In this document: positions 26,688 to 37,180 of the stretch, one piece after another | Layout of the letters: each line of letters opens with the position of its first letter | Numbering within the stretch: the first letter of the stretch is position 1 | Origin: Macrostomum lignano | Lineage: Eukaryota | Direction: 5' to 3' | DNA length: 50,327 nt | NCBI GenBank assembly: GCA_002269645.1 | Contig: NIVC01001460.1 | Location: forward strand, 50,422-100,748 | Position numbers and translations under genes: made by a program | Notes under the pieces: model-generated | Database searches by the model: none | Seen by the model: only the letters and a program-made list of their open reading frames with translations | Told to the model about the DNA's origin: nothing

Positions 26688-27158
26688 AGAACACAGAGGG
26701 TGAGAGGGGAACACAGAGGGTGAGAGGGGAACATAGAGGGTGAGAGGGGAACACATAGAGTGAGAGGGGAACACAGAGGGTGAGAGGGGAACACAGAGGG
26801 TGAGAGGGGAACACAGAGGGTGAGAGGGGAACACAGATGGTGAGAGGGGAACACATAGAGTGAGAGGGGAACACAGAGGGTGAGAGGGGAACACACAGGG
26901 TGAGAGGGGAACACAGAGGGTGAGAGGGGAACACAGAGGGTGAGAGGGGAACACAGAGGGTGAGAGGGGAACATAGAGGGTGAGAGGGGAACACAGAGGG
27001 TGAGAGGGGAACACAGAGGGTGAGGGGGGAACACACACATGGCGAGAGGGGAACACAGAGGGTGAGAGGGGAACACAGAGGGTGAGAGGGGAACACAGAG
27101 GGTGAGAGGGGAACACAGAGGGTGAGAGGGGAACACAGAGGGTGAGAGGGCAACACAG
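26688..27158. repeat. 20-bp minisatellite ACACAGAGGGTGAGAGGGGA
   Basis: About 23 tandem units. Confidence 0.96.
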
Positions 27159-27538
27159 GGTGGGCGACGGAGAAGAAAGGTCAGATAAGGACAGCCGCAC
27201 AAGAAATCAAAAGTCCGATTCCGAAAAGACCTCCGGAGACGCTGAACCCCCTGGACGAGGCGCGCCTCCTCCTGGACAGCCGGGGACGCCAGCTGAGTCC
27301 CACCGTCTGCCGGGTCACCCACATCGGCGGCGTCGACCTGCCGCTGATCTTCGCCGAGGCGAAGCCGGGCAAGCTGGAGGCCCCTTCGCCATGCCGGCCG
27401 GTCTCGAGACTGCGCCTACCGACACCCGCGACTGCAGCAGCTGCCGCTGCACCAGCTGGTGCGCTGCTGCGGGTCCGCCCGCCTACGGCACCAGGTCTCC
27501 TCATCACTGCTGCCGCTGGCACTGCCGAACTCTACTGA
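27159..27538 (+). CDS. Putative coding exon of an unidentified protein
   Basis: GC3-rich open frame not in the supplied track: EKKGQIRTAAQEIKSPIPKRPPETLNPLDEARLLLDSRGRQLSPTVCRVTHIGGVDLPLIFAEAKPGKLEAP...AELY*, stop 27536-27538. No convincing acceptor and no family recognised. Confidence 0.3.
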
Positions 27539-27621
27539 GGTCCTGTGCTCGATTCCCTGCGTGCACCGGGACGGACTAGGGGTTGCTGCCAGTGAGTCAA
27601 AATCAGGCATTGAAAAGGGGA

Positions 27622-27712
27622 GAAAGGAGAGGGGATGGAAAGAGAGGAGAAGGATGGAGAGAGGAGAGGGGATGGAGGAGAGAGGAGAGGAGATGGAGGA
27701 GAGAGGAGAGCC
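27622..27712. repeat. GA-rich ~21-bp low-complexity repeat
   Basis: GAGAGGAGAGGAGATGGAGGA-type units, same family as 28843-29122. Confidence 0.8.
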
Positions 27713-28055
27713 GTGATACAAATATTTGCATATTTATCAACGCTTTTAGGATGCTCACAAAATATTTAATGCGGGAATTATTAGCAGTCCATATCCGCAT
27801 GATTCAAATTGTCAGATGGCCCGTAAGTTGAAACTTTTTTAATTTAGTTAAAAACTTTTTACGACATGCGATGCAGCTCGCCAAGCTAGAGGCTGCTTCT
27901 GTCTGTTAAAACACGTTTGGATATAATAAATGTTTCCGGGAATTTAAAAAAAAAACTATTTTGTTTTAATAGTTTTTAAACAAACAGTCCGATATTATTC
28001 TTGTTAATCAGGATTGATCTCCAGTTTGTTTTTAAAAACGATTCTAGATCCTGTA

Positions 28056-28660
28056 TCATGGGATCCAGTGCTCAATCATGCACTCTGCCGTTCTCAGCGA
28101 GTAGCTCTGGCCCAGAGAACTGGGACACCCGACGCAGTGGTACATCATTGGCATCTGGGCGTAGTGCACACTCAAGGCTGTCGGGTAGTCGAAGTAGATG
28201 CCGTTCGGATTGAAGAAAGTACAATATCCGAACCACCAGCCTCCGCGACGCTCTAAAGCGCAATTATCCGGACTCAAATCGTTATCGGAGTCCGGGGTGG
28301 AAAACTGGTTACCCTGGATGCCAATGTCGCTAGTCGTCATGGCCTGTCCAATGCTTGAAGCGGCCGAGTCAAACTCGCCAATGACAGCTCGGTACTTGTC
28401 CTTGGGCCCGGACACGGTGAAGTTCAAGTTCTCCGTCCAGTACCAATTTTGTCCCAATCGCTCAGCTCCCAACGGACCCGGCGACCTCCGTGTTTGGTGA
28501 GCTGGTGAATCTGCTCAAGGCCCAGCCAGAAATTATCGGCTTCTTCTAAGCCAAATCCAGTAGAGTAGTCGGTCCAGTTCTTATCGAAGCTCAGGTTGCT
28601 GCTCACGCGATGCTGGAATGTCTTCCAGCAGTTGAATTGGCCCAATGGTTGTGCCCATAT
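28056..28660 (-). CDS. Fibrinogen-related domain (FReP) exon with an apparent 1-bp frameshift
   Basis: FQHRVSSNLSFDKNWTDYSTGFG...FWLGLEQIHQLT...ELSDWDK in one frame continues as NWYWTENLNFTV...FSTPDSDND...NCA...GGWWFGYC...NPNG in another. The break is at an A4 run (plus TTTT 28447-28450). Acceptor ACGCAG| at 28661. The exon is 605 nt, one short of 202 codons. Confidence 0.85.
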
Positions 28661-28842
28661 CTGCGTTATGAAAGCATTTTGGAACGTAATAGAAGACCAG
28701 AGAAAACAGAAAAAATCAGTGTTGCAGACACGTGTACTCACCCAGACTTGAGTCACGGTAGCATCTACACGAATAGCATTCCTGCACTTTCTACAACCGT
28801 TCGGCCCCCTGTTGCACACAAACTCATGACAGGTCCGGTTGT

Positions 28843-29122
28843 GGAGAGGAGATGGAGGAGAGAGGAGAGGAGATGGAGGAGAGAGAGGAGAGGGGATGGA
28901 GGAGAGAGGAGAGGAGATGGATGAGAGAGGAGAGGAGAGAGAGGAGAGAGAGGAGAGGGGATGGAGGAGAGAAGAGAGGAGATGGAGGAGAGAGGAGAGG
29001 AGATGGAGGAGAGAGGAGAGGAGATGGAAAAGAGAGAAGAGGAGATGGAGGAGAGAGAGGAGAGGGGATGGAGGAGAGAGGAGAGGAGATGGAGGAGAGA
29101 GGAGAGGGGATGGAGAGAGAGG
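28843..29122. repeat. GA-rich ~21-bp minisatellite (probably in the FReP intron)
   Basis: GAGAGGAGAGGAGATGGAGGA-type units. Confidence 0.9.
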
Positions 29123-29169
29123 AAGCGTCGCAGATATGCAAACAAAAAACGGCAAGATAGGGTAAACTT

Positions 29170-29282
29170 TCTGGTAAGGAAGTGGCATTCTGATATCCCG
29201 GTTGCAGACCATCAGCGCTGTGAACAGCTGCGGAAATAGAAGGCAAAATAAGCAGATACCAAACGATTGATACGTAATTCAT
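29170..29282 (-). CDS. Probable signal-peptide first exon of the FReP gene (3' boundary uncertain)
   Basis: ATG at 29282 gives MNYVSIVWYLLILPSISAAVHSA, a signal-peptide-like hydrophobic core with a small-residue cleavage region, same strand and upstream of the FReD exon. Donor not resolved. Confidence 0.45.
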
Positions 29283-30594
29283 ACCTGTCTCCCCTTGACT
29301 CCCTTTAGTCTCTTAGAGACGAACTAGATACACCTGTGAGCCATGGGTCTGGGTCTTTGTATCCCACTTGTCATTTGTTTTTTTAACAGCATGGTAAGTA
29401 TGTCTTGATGTTCTAATCAATAATAATGCACTATGTGAAACAGACAATGTGAAGCATACGATTGAAAGATGAAAAACTCCTAGTTATTTTAAGTACGTTA
29501 GCATTTTGAATTCATCAGCTGATGAGGGGATCATGATCAGAAAAGGCAGTTTTAATTGTCTGCTTCAATATTTTTATTTTGCGGTAAAATTGATGCAAGG
29601 CAAGGCTTTCTTTCCACAGCCAACCTGGAACGGCCTGTGGTCAGCCATGGAACTCCCGCAGACTTTCTTACCCGCGAGGGATCAGGGAGGTTAGCAGTGC
29701 TCATCATCAGACTGGCTACCGGTTGAGACATTGGCTCATTTTATTGACAGAAAAGATCTGCATGCGTTCCAATACGAGCAAGTCGTAGTAGTCATTCATT
29801 ATTCACAGAGCTCACAGAGCTAGCTGGTTAAATTAAGAGCTAGAGCCGTAGCCTAGCGGTGCAGCGCATCGCTCAGATGTTAAAGTACATTCACGTTAAT
29901 TTTTGGGACTAAATTGGAATCTCGGCTTGGCTCTGCTCGTGGATTTAACCTCAAAGACGCTGGGAAGTGTACATGTCTAACGATAAATAAAGTGTGGGTG
30001 TGTGCCTGTGGATATGAGTGCGTACGTATCCGCGTGCCTGTGTGCCTGCTCAGGGGAATCGGCGGGATGGGCAGTAATGCCTCTTGCCGGTTGTGCGACA
30101 ATACCCACAACCAAGCGGAAAGGCAAGTGCAGTTTTCTGTGCTGCTGACACCTGAGCTTCCATATTCACATGGATACTACATTCACATTCACATGAATGT
30201 ATCTGACGCACACAGTCTGCGCTTTGATTTGGGCTTTTTCCGAATCGGTATGAACTGCAAAACAGGCTTTTTGGGGGGCTCAAAAGACCGTTTAGCATTC
30301 CGACACATCCAACATGCCCGATTTTAATGGACCTCGCAGCCAAATAGTTTAGTACAAATAGTATAATCCATAGTATAATCAAAGTGTAATCAAAATAGTA
30401 TAATCCAAATAGTATAGTACAAACTACGTAACGTAGTTTCTTTTCGTTACGCCGACGCGCGTAGACGACGTTACGTGGCATTACAACGTCGGAGTAAAGA
30501 AAAAAGTAGCTCGTACCCATTTACCAGCAGCGTCTACAGATTTCGGATGCCTCGAGCTCATGAGTGCTCGAGTAATCTAACGCAGATGTATATA

Positions 30595-30735
30595 ATCATG
30601 GATGTTTAATGCGCATTCTAGGGTTAGAAAGTCCGAGGCTGCATTTGATGGTCTCGAGGCGAGCGAAGCGAGCCGAGGACCATTAAGTGTGGCCGAGGAC
30701 TTTCTACCATAGAATGCGCATTAAACTACCGTGAT
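30595..30735. mobile_element. Fold-back (palindromic) MITE-like element
   Basis: GTTTAATGCGCATTCTA..TAGAAAGTCC pairs with GGACTTTCTA..TAGAATGCGCATTAAAC. Nested inner stem ATGGTC/GACCAT with apex GCGAGCGAAGCGAGC. Confidence 0.6.
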
Positions 30736-30798
30736 CTTATATGAAATCCGAATTGCTTATATTATGCTGAAAGCATCTAAATAGAATAATCGAATTCA

Positions 30799-30960
30799 AT
30801 GGAGCCGCCAGTTAATTTGCTCACAGCCTTTCACAGCTTCCCCCAAGCTTCACCACCACTCAAGGGAGTGGCTTATCGAGCCATCGGGGACTTGAAAGAG
30901 AAAAGAAGAAAAGATAAAATGACTGAGTAAATTTATTAAAATATATGAGCAGCTTTAGTG
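30799..30960. repeat. Conserved ~150-bp block 1 (also at 34543-34680 and 38328-38465)
   Basis: Shared core ATGGAGC.GCCAG...TGCTCACAGCCTTTCACAGCTTCCCC...CAAGGGAGTGGCTTATC...GACTT..AGAAAA. Confidence 0.8.
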
Positions 30961-31902
30961 TTGGCGATTTCAGTGCTGGAGTACTGGCGCTGTAATCGCG
31001 TTTAGCTGACAGGACGGTCGCCTTTGTGCGTGCTTGCGCGGGCTGTTCTTTGTGCCGGCGTGTGGGGGGTTGGGGTGCGCGGGGTGCTGGGACGGTTGGC
31101 CTTTTGGCGGTTGGCCTTTTATGTGCGTGCGCGATGTTCTGATCAGCGCGATTGCCCTCGCAATTTTTTCTGCTTTTCCTTGCTTTTTCTTTTATCCTAT
31201 GATTTTGGTTCTCCTGTTTTACTCAGCAATTTTGTTTCTTTTAAGCTTCAATACTATCGAATTATATTCGTAATTGCTAGCGGGCTCGCTTCGCCTGCCC
31301 TTCGTCGTCCTCGCCATCCCCGCGCCTTCCGCCTTTTTCCTGTTGGCTAATATCAATTATTGACATTCATTGAATATAGAATATAAACAATAGGCACAGG
31401 CTAGACTAGGCGAATAGGCCCCAAAAGTGAAAAACTTGGGACTAAATTTCATAGGTTTACCCCCAAAATTAAATGGATACGCTCGTAACAACAAAAAAAA
31501 CAACAGAATACGCAGTTAGCGTCACTGAATGGATGGATGGATCGATTGAATGGAAAACAGCTCTATTCTGCCGTCCAATAAGCAGCGCAGAGTTAAAAGG
31601 AGCATTAAACAAACACGAGCGCATAAAAAATCAACTTAGTTTAGCTAACAAGGGTTAAGGGAAAAGTAAATTACATAAATTACAAAGTCTAATAAATTAC
31701 TTAAAAATTACACTTTCTGCGAATCGTACTAAGAAATTACGCCTCTAGCATACATTCATGACTGGCTTAAAATTATATAGGCTTACAGTTTGGCTCGTAA
31801 AACGAAAAGGCCATATTCGTATAACTAACAATGAATTAACACAATCAAAGAAATGTTGCACAAAGCTACAATGCTAAGTTTTAAGGTTATAAAACATAAT
31901 TT

Positions 31903-32595
31903 TTAGTTCTTCCTTGTAAAAAAGGAACCGATTTTGATGTCACTCAAAACTTTAGACACATTAACCAGTTCGAGGGCGTACTCACGAGTTTTCATCGCGG
32001 TGCCACCCCAGCTCGTACCGCTTTTCCGCATGTCGTGGACGGCGTACACAGGCGGTGACGAGTCCGTGACCGGGTTGTAATTGGTGATGTTTGAGCACAG
32101 CTGCGTCAGGTTCTTCACCTTTCTGAGACGCTGCATGTGCGGATCTTTGGTGTCGTTCAGCTTCCTGCAGCACTCACCCATCGTAGACAGTCGATAGTTT
32201 CGAAAAACCTTCGAAACGCCGCTCAACGAGTTGTTCTCGTACGGATAGAAGCTGAACGATGGCGGCATGTACACCGCTTCCATCGAGTCGTTTGTCAGCG
32301 GATGCTTGGCATTGTACCGCTCCAAAATTCTCGTCAGTCCAACTGGTCCAGCAAAGCCGAGAATGTCCCAGTTCGGCCGAATGAGAGACAGCTGGTCGAG
32401 CACGAACTTATAGAACTTGTGCCCTGGCGCAGACATGAGGAAGGCGGGACTAGCAACAGGTCTAATGGGCCAGTGAGGTCCGAACAGCTGCAGCGAGTGC
32501 GTCTCCGGCTCGCGAGTGACCACCGCGTAGAAGCGACGAAACTCGTCCAGGCTTCGCGTCAGGCTGTAGTCCAGGTCTGCGTACGTGCCGCCGAG
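31903..32595 (-). CDS. GT32 (Gly_transf_sug, DXD) glycosyltransferase copy 1, exon 2
   Basis: Acceptor TTGAAG| at 32596. Encodes LGGTYADLDY (GGxYxDxD), GPVGLT and VYAVHD..SW, ending FFTRKN*. Confidence 0.85.
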   Translation of the reverse strand, partial: LGGTYADLDYSLTRSLDEFRRFYAVVTREPETHSLQLFGPHWPIRPVASPAFLMSAPGHKFYKFVLDQLSLIRPNWDILGFAGPVGLTRILERYNAKHPLTNDSMEAVYMPPSFSFYPYENNSLSGVSKVFRNYRLSTMGECCRKLNDTKDPHMQRLRKVKNLTQLCSNITNYNPVTDSSPPVYAVHDMRKSGTSWGGTAMKTREYALELVNVSKVLSDIKIGSFFTRKN

Positions 32596-32754
32596 CTTCA
32601 AAAACCCAAAAAATATGTATGTATGATTTCCGCTTAAAAAGAAGTCAACTGCATGCTGTACGAGCGTAAAAGGTAATTTTTAATTGAGAAATAAGTAAAT
32701 ATGACTAGTATAGTGTTTCAGTATTCTGTGAATGCTCAATATTGCATTACCTAC

Positions 32755-33318
32755 CTTATGCATCAGCATGTAGCGGAACATGTCAACCTTCATGATGTGC
32801 ATCTTCTGAGACTTGAATTGCTTCAACAGTTTAGGAAAATTTTCAGCCACGAATGGATCCATATCCTTGTCGCGCCATAGCACGTGGATCCAATCGGGGT
32901 GAAGTTTCTGCCAAGTTTTTATGTGCTCGACAAAGTACTTGGACACGAACTCGTTGCGCCAGAGAATGTGCCGGATCTTCGGTATCGGGAAGATGCCTCT
33001 TTTGTGCAGGCTCGTCTCGTAGTCCAGCCGGCAGCTCTCGTTTGCGCAGACAGCCGGCAGCCAAGTCTTCCGTTTCAATTGTACTTTTCTGTTTGCTAAT
33101 ATCGATGTGAAATCGGATTGAATCAGAGTAGCATTTCCTCCATTTCTGTTGAAGACATGGAACAAGGTGGCAAGAAAAACCGGATGCCTGCTCGTCTTTG
33201 TCGACAGCGTCGCTATCTGAGTTATTGCGGCGTAGACCAGTAGAATAACGAAAACAGCAAACACGATTTTGCGCCACTTGTCGCATCGAATCGTTCTAAT
33301 TTTGACGAAAAAAATCAT
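32755..33318 (-). CDS. GT32 glycosyltransferase copy 1, exon 1 (type II membrane anchor)
   Basis: MIFFVK... then TM segment IVFAVFVILLVYAAI, then IPKIRHILW, W..LHPDW..VLW.D, KVDMFRYMLMHK, donor AAG|GTAGGT at 32754. 564 nt, phase 0. Confidence 0.85.
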
Positions 33319-33319
33319 T

Positions 33320-35670
33320 TTTATGAAGCGGGTTTTTGTTTAGATTTCGTTTAGAATGCTTGTTTAGATTCTTTGGCTTTTTTTCTTGCATTTTAGTAGC
33401 TGTAGTAGTTTAGATCGGTTCTAGCGAGGAGATAAGGGGTCAGGTAATTTGCAGACAGGTGGGAGTGTGGGGTTTACAGGAGGCAGCCTAACACTTACAA
33501 GCCTAGCCTTCACTGCACTGAGCACCAGATATGAGGGAAAGGCAGCTATTGAGACTGTTTTATACAACTCATTACGGACTTAGGGGGGGGGGGAGAAATC
33601 GAGCAGCGCATAGTACGAGTAAAATAGCCGTGTTGCACGTGGCTGCATAAGGCTGTGTACGACTTCTCAACTATTTAAAATTCAATTATTTTAAGGTCAT
33701 TTATTCTTATCTACTAAAATATTTTGTCTCCACTTATATATGCAGGTATGCGTGTGATTGGTTTTAGAAAATCCACTCTACGCTAGTACGAGCTTAAAAA
33801 TTGTGTGACATGTAGGTGGATCTTGGTCTCCTGGCCTTTTTCGAAAATTACGGAGGCTTACACCACCCTTCATGTTTGGGCGTACCGTCAATTCCCACTG
33901 TAAAGAAGAAGAGCTTCGCACTAAAGATTAAACAAGCAGGCATTAGCATATCACCAGTATTAGACACTTAGACCAAACAGGGGGATTCTCAGCTTCTCGT
34001 CTTTTGGAACTGGGAATATATCAGCATGCTCGACTATTACGAGTAATACGAGCATATAATGGAACATATGTTCTATGTTTCAAGGTGCTCAGTGCGAGAA
34101 GGTTGAGAAGAGTTTTCATGCTAGCAGATCTGCCTCGCCCAGGGTCGCTATCATAAGATCGGCCGAAGTTTAAAAAACGTCAAAAGACAACATAAAAAGA
34201 ACCAAAACTCTCATCCTAATCATTAATACTCAACAACAGTAGCAGCAGCAAAGACGCAACCCATAAGGCCATAAAATAAGTATAATGCTCAATTGCAAAG
34301 TCCGCCCCGTCACAGTGTCGAGCGTCCCGGCGTCGCGCACGTATCGACGCGTTTGCACCTGAATAGGCTCTGCAAGTTGAGCAGCAGAACGTCCTGTTGA
34401 GGAGGCTAAGAGCAGCAACTCACGGACCCGATCACGCGCAGGACGGTGGATCCCTAACCTCACTGTATTTCGGTGTTGTGAGGCCTTGCAAGATTTTTCA
34501 GGGTTTCGTCTGCAGTTCAGTTTTATGAAGCGACCCCCTCACGTAGATGGAGCTGCCAGCTGCCTGCTCACAGCCTTTCACAGCTTCCCCATGCTCACTG
34601 GTCAAGGGAGTGGCTTATCTGAGACTTAAATGAGAAAACAGAAAATAATACAATGCTTCAGGCACATAAGCAGTTTAAGTGATTCATTATTGTCGTTTAT
34701 TGAATTAAGAAATACACGCACGTACGATATGATATCTTAATTGGATAGCAGTTCCATTATATAAATTATATAAAATTACATAAACTACATAAGTCACGAT
34801 AAATAAATCAGAAGTAACATATTAGAAACGGCTCTAGCTTACTTAAATTGACTGGCTTGAAAATATAGCATTTTAATTGATTGCTACGAGCAAGCAATTT
34901 TATCCAGGATAGCAAAAAGACATGCATTTTGAGCCTGACTGCTAGTTGTCTATGGTAAAAAGTGTGTCGACCCAGCAGGCAATTTAATCCTTGGAGCACT
35001 CATTTAAGCATGCCTCCAACCAAACCAACCAGGAAGCTCCATATGAAAAAGTTACGACGTAGAACAAGGTTCAGCAAGAAAAAGTTCATTTAACGAAACC
35101 TGCTTATAAAGAAACACACGACAGAAAAGTTTTTACATGTACGTTTAGACTTCAGTAAGTTACATAATCACCTCCCCAAGCGATGCAGCCTGTGCGAATT
35201 CTTGCCTGCGTGCTAAGTTGGCAATGCTTTTGTTGTTATCGCCTCTGTCGATAGCGTCGATTATCAATCTATGCTTTTTGTCGCTAATCTTAGCATATTG
35301 CACAGGTGGCGCTCCGGCATCTTTGGCAGCGATTCCGTCGATGTCTTCAAAAATGGTGCTGGCTTGGTCACATTCGTCTGTCAAAACTGATAGTGGAACG
35401 GCATAGACAGCGCTGTTTATGGATTTCAGTGCTTAAAATGAGTGCTCCAAGGCCTGCCGGTGTGACACACTTTTTACCATAGACAACTAGCAGTGAGGCT
35501 CAAAATGCATGTCTTTTTGCTATCTTGGATTAAATTGCTTGCTCGTAGTCTCTACTAGCTTGCAAAATGCTATATTTAAGCTTATAGTATAACCTGACAC
35601 TGCTCGTACTGCATAAAGGCTAGCGATACATGACTAACAATACAGTGAAAAATCAAAGGAATGTAAACAT
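33320..35670. repeat. Intergenic spacer 1 of the ~3.8-kb tandem triplication (near-identical to 37115-39510)
   Basis: Colinear high identity with 37115-39510 at an offset of about 3790-3840 bp. Confidence 0.93.
34855..35582. mobile_element. Non-autonomous TIR DNA transposon (MITE-like) with a transposase-HTH-like remnant, copy A
   Basis: ~150-bp inverted repeats at 34855-35010 and 35430-35582 (AAATATAGCATTTT...CATTTAAGCA and its reverse complement). Internal minus ORF 35160-35384 YAKISDKKHRLIIDAIDRGDNNKSIANL resembles a Tc1/IS630-type N-terminal HTH (inference). Confidence 0.7.
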
Positions 35671-35672
35671 AG

Positions 35673-36392
35673 CTACCAAGTTAGTCTTTTGAAGTTCGAA
35701 ACAGAATTATTCGTAAAAAAGGAACCGATTTTGATGTCATTCAAAACTTTAGACACATTAACCAGTTCGAGGGCGTACTCACGAGTTTTCATCGCGGTGC
35801 CACCCCAGCTTGTTTCGCTCTTCCGCATGTCGTGAACGGCGTACACAGTTGGCGACGAATCTGTGACAGGGTTATAATTGGTGATGTTTGAGCACAGCTG
35901 CGTTAGGTTCTTCACCTTTCTGAGAAGCTTCATGCTGGAGTCTTTAGTGTCGTTCAGTTTCCTGCAGCTAATGCTCATCTTGGACAGTCGATAGTTTCGA
36001 AAATTCGTCGAAACGCCGCTTAACGAGTTGTTCTCGTACGGATAGAAGCTGAACGATGGCGGCACGTACACCGCTTCCATCGAGTCGTTTGTCAGCGGAT
36101 GCTTGGCATTGTACCGCTCCAAAATTCTCGTCAGTCCAACTGGTCCAGCAAAGCCGAGAATGTCCCAGTTCGGCCGAATGAGAGACAGCTGGTCGAGCAC
36201 GAACTTATAGAACTTGTGCCCTGGCGCAGACATGAGGAAGGCGGGACTGGCCACAGGTCTAATGGGCCAGTGAGGCCCGAACAGCTGCAGCGAGTGCGTC
36301 TCCGGCTCGCGAGTGACCACCGCGTAGAAGCGACGAAATTCGTCCAGGCTTCGCGTCAGGCTGTAGTCCAGGTCCGCGTACGTGCCGCCGAG
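35673..36392 (-). CDS. GT32 glycosyltransferase copy 2, exon 2
   Basis: Acceptor at 36393. LGGTYADLDY through FFTNNSVSNFKRLTW*. Confidence 0.85.
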   Translation of the reverse strand, partial: LGGTYADLDYSLTRSLDEFRRFYAVVTREPETHSLQLFGPHWPIRPVASPAFLMSAPGHKFYKFVLDQLSLIRPNWDILGFAGPVGLTRILERYNAKHPLTNDSMEAVYVPPSFSFYPYENNSLSGVSTNFRNYRLSKMSISCRKLNDTKDSSMKLLRKVKNLTQLCSNITNYNPVTDSSPTVYAVHDMRKSETSWGGTAMKTREYALELVNVSKVLNDIKIGSFFTNNSVSNFKRLTW

Positions 36393-36550
36393 CTTCAAAA
36401 ACCCAAAAATATTTCTGTATGATTTCCGCTTAAAAAGAAGTCAACTGCATGCTGTACGAGCGTAAGAGGTAATTTTTTATTGAGGAATAAGTAAATATGA
36501 CTAGTATAGTGTTTCAGTATTCTGTGAATGCTCGATAGTGCTTTACCTAC

Positions 36551-37180
36551 CTTATACATCAGCATGTAGCGGAACATGTCAACCTTCATGATGTGCATCT
36601 TCTGAGACTTGAATTGCTTCAACAGTTTGGGAAAATTTTCAGCCACGAATGGATCCATATCCTTGTCGCGCCACAGCACGTGGATCCAATCGGGGTGAAG
36701 TTTCTGCCAAGTTTTTATGTGCTCGACAAAGTACTTGGACACGAACTCGTTGCGCCAGAGAATGTGCCGGATCTTCGGTATCGGGAAGATGCCTCTTTTG
36801 TGCAGGCTCGTCTCGTAGTCCAGCCGGTAGCTCTCGTTTGCGCAGACAGCCGGCAGCCAAGTCTTCCGTTTCAATTGGACGTTTCTGCTTTTTAGTTTCG
36901 ATGTGAAATTTAATTGAATCAGAGTAGCATTTCCTCCATTCCTGTTGAATGCATTGAACAAGGTGGCAAGAAAAACCGGATGCCTGTTTGCGTTTGTTGA
37001 CAGCGTCGCTATCTGAGTTATTGCGGCGTAGACCAGTAGAATAACGAAAACAGCAAACAGAATTTTGCGCCACTTGTCGCATCGAATCGTTCTAATTTTG
37101 ACGAAAAAATCATTTTTATGAAGCGGGCTTTCGTTTATATTTCGTTTAGAATGCTTGTTTTTTGGCTTTTTTTCTTGCAT
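36551..37180 (-). CDS. GT32 glycosyltransferase copy 2, exon 1
   Basis: Open from ATG 37180 (MQEKKPK...) to donor AAG|GTAGGT at 36550. The proximal ATG at 37113 is one base out of frame. Confidence 0.8.

Noticed and set aside
24799-27322. 526-aa GW-rich ORF and other ORFs over the 17- and 20-bp arrays
   Set aside because: Repeat translations; the non-repeat part is the antisense shadow of the PIG-W exon.
29511-29550. Hammerhead ribozyme core (CTGATGAG...GAAA)
   Set aside because: The base before GAAA cannot close stem II, and no stem I/III with an NUH site was found.
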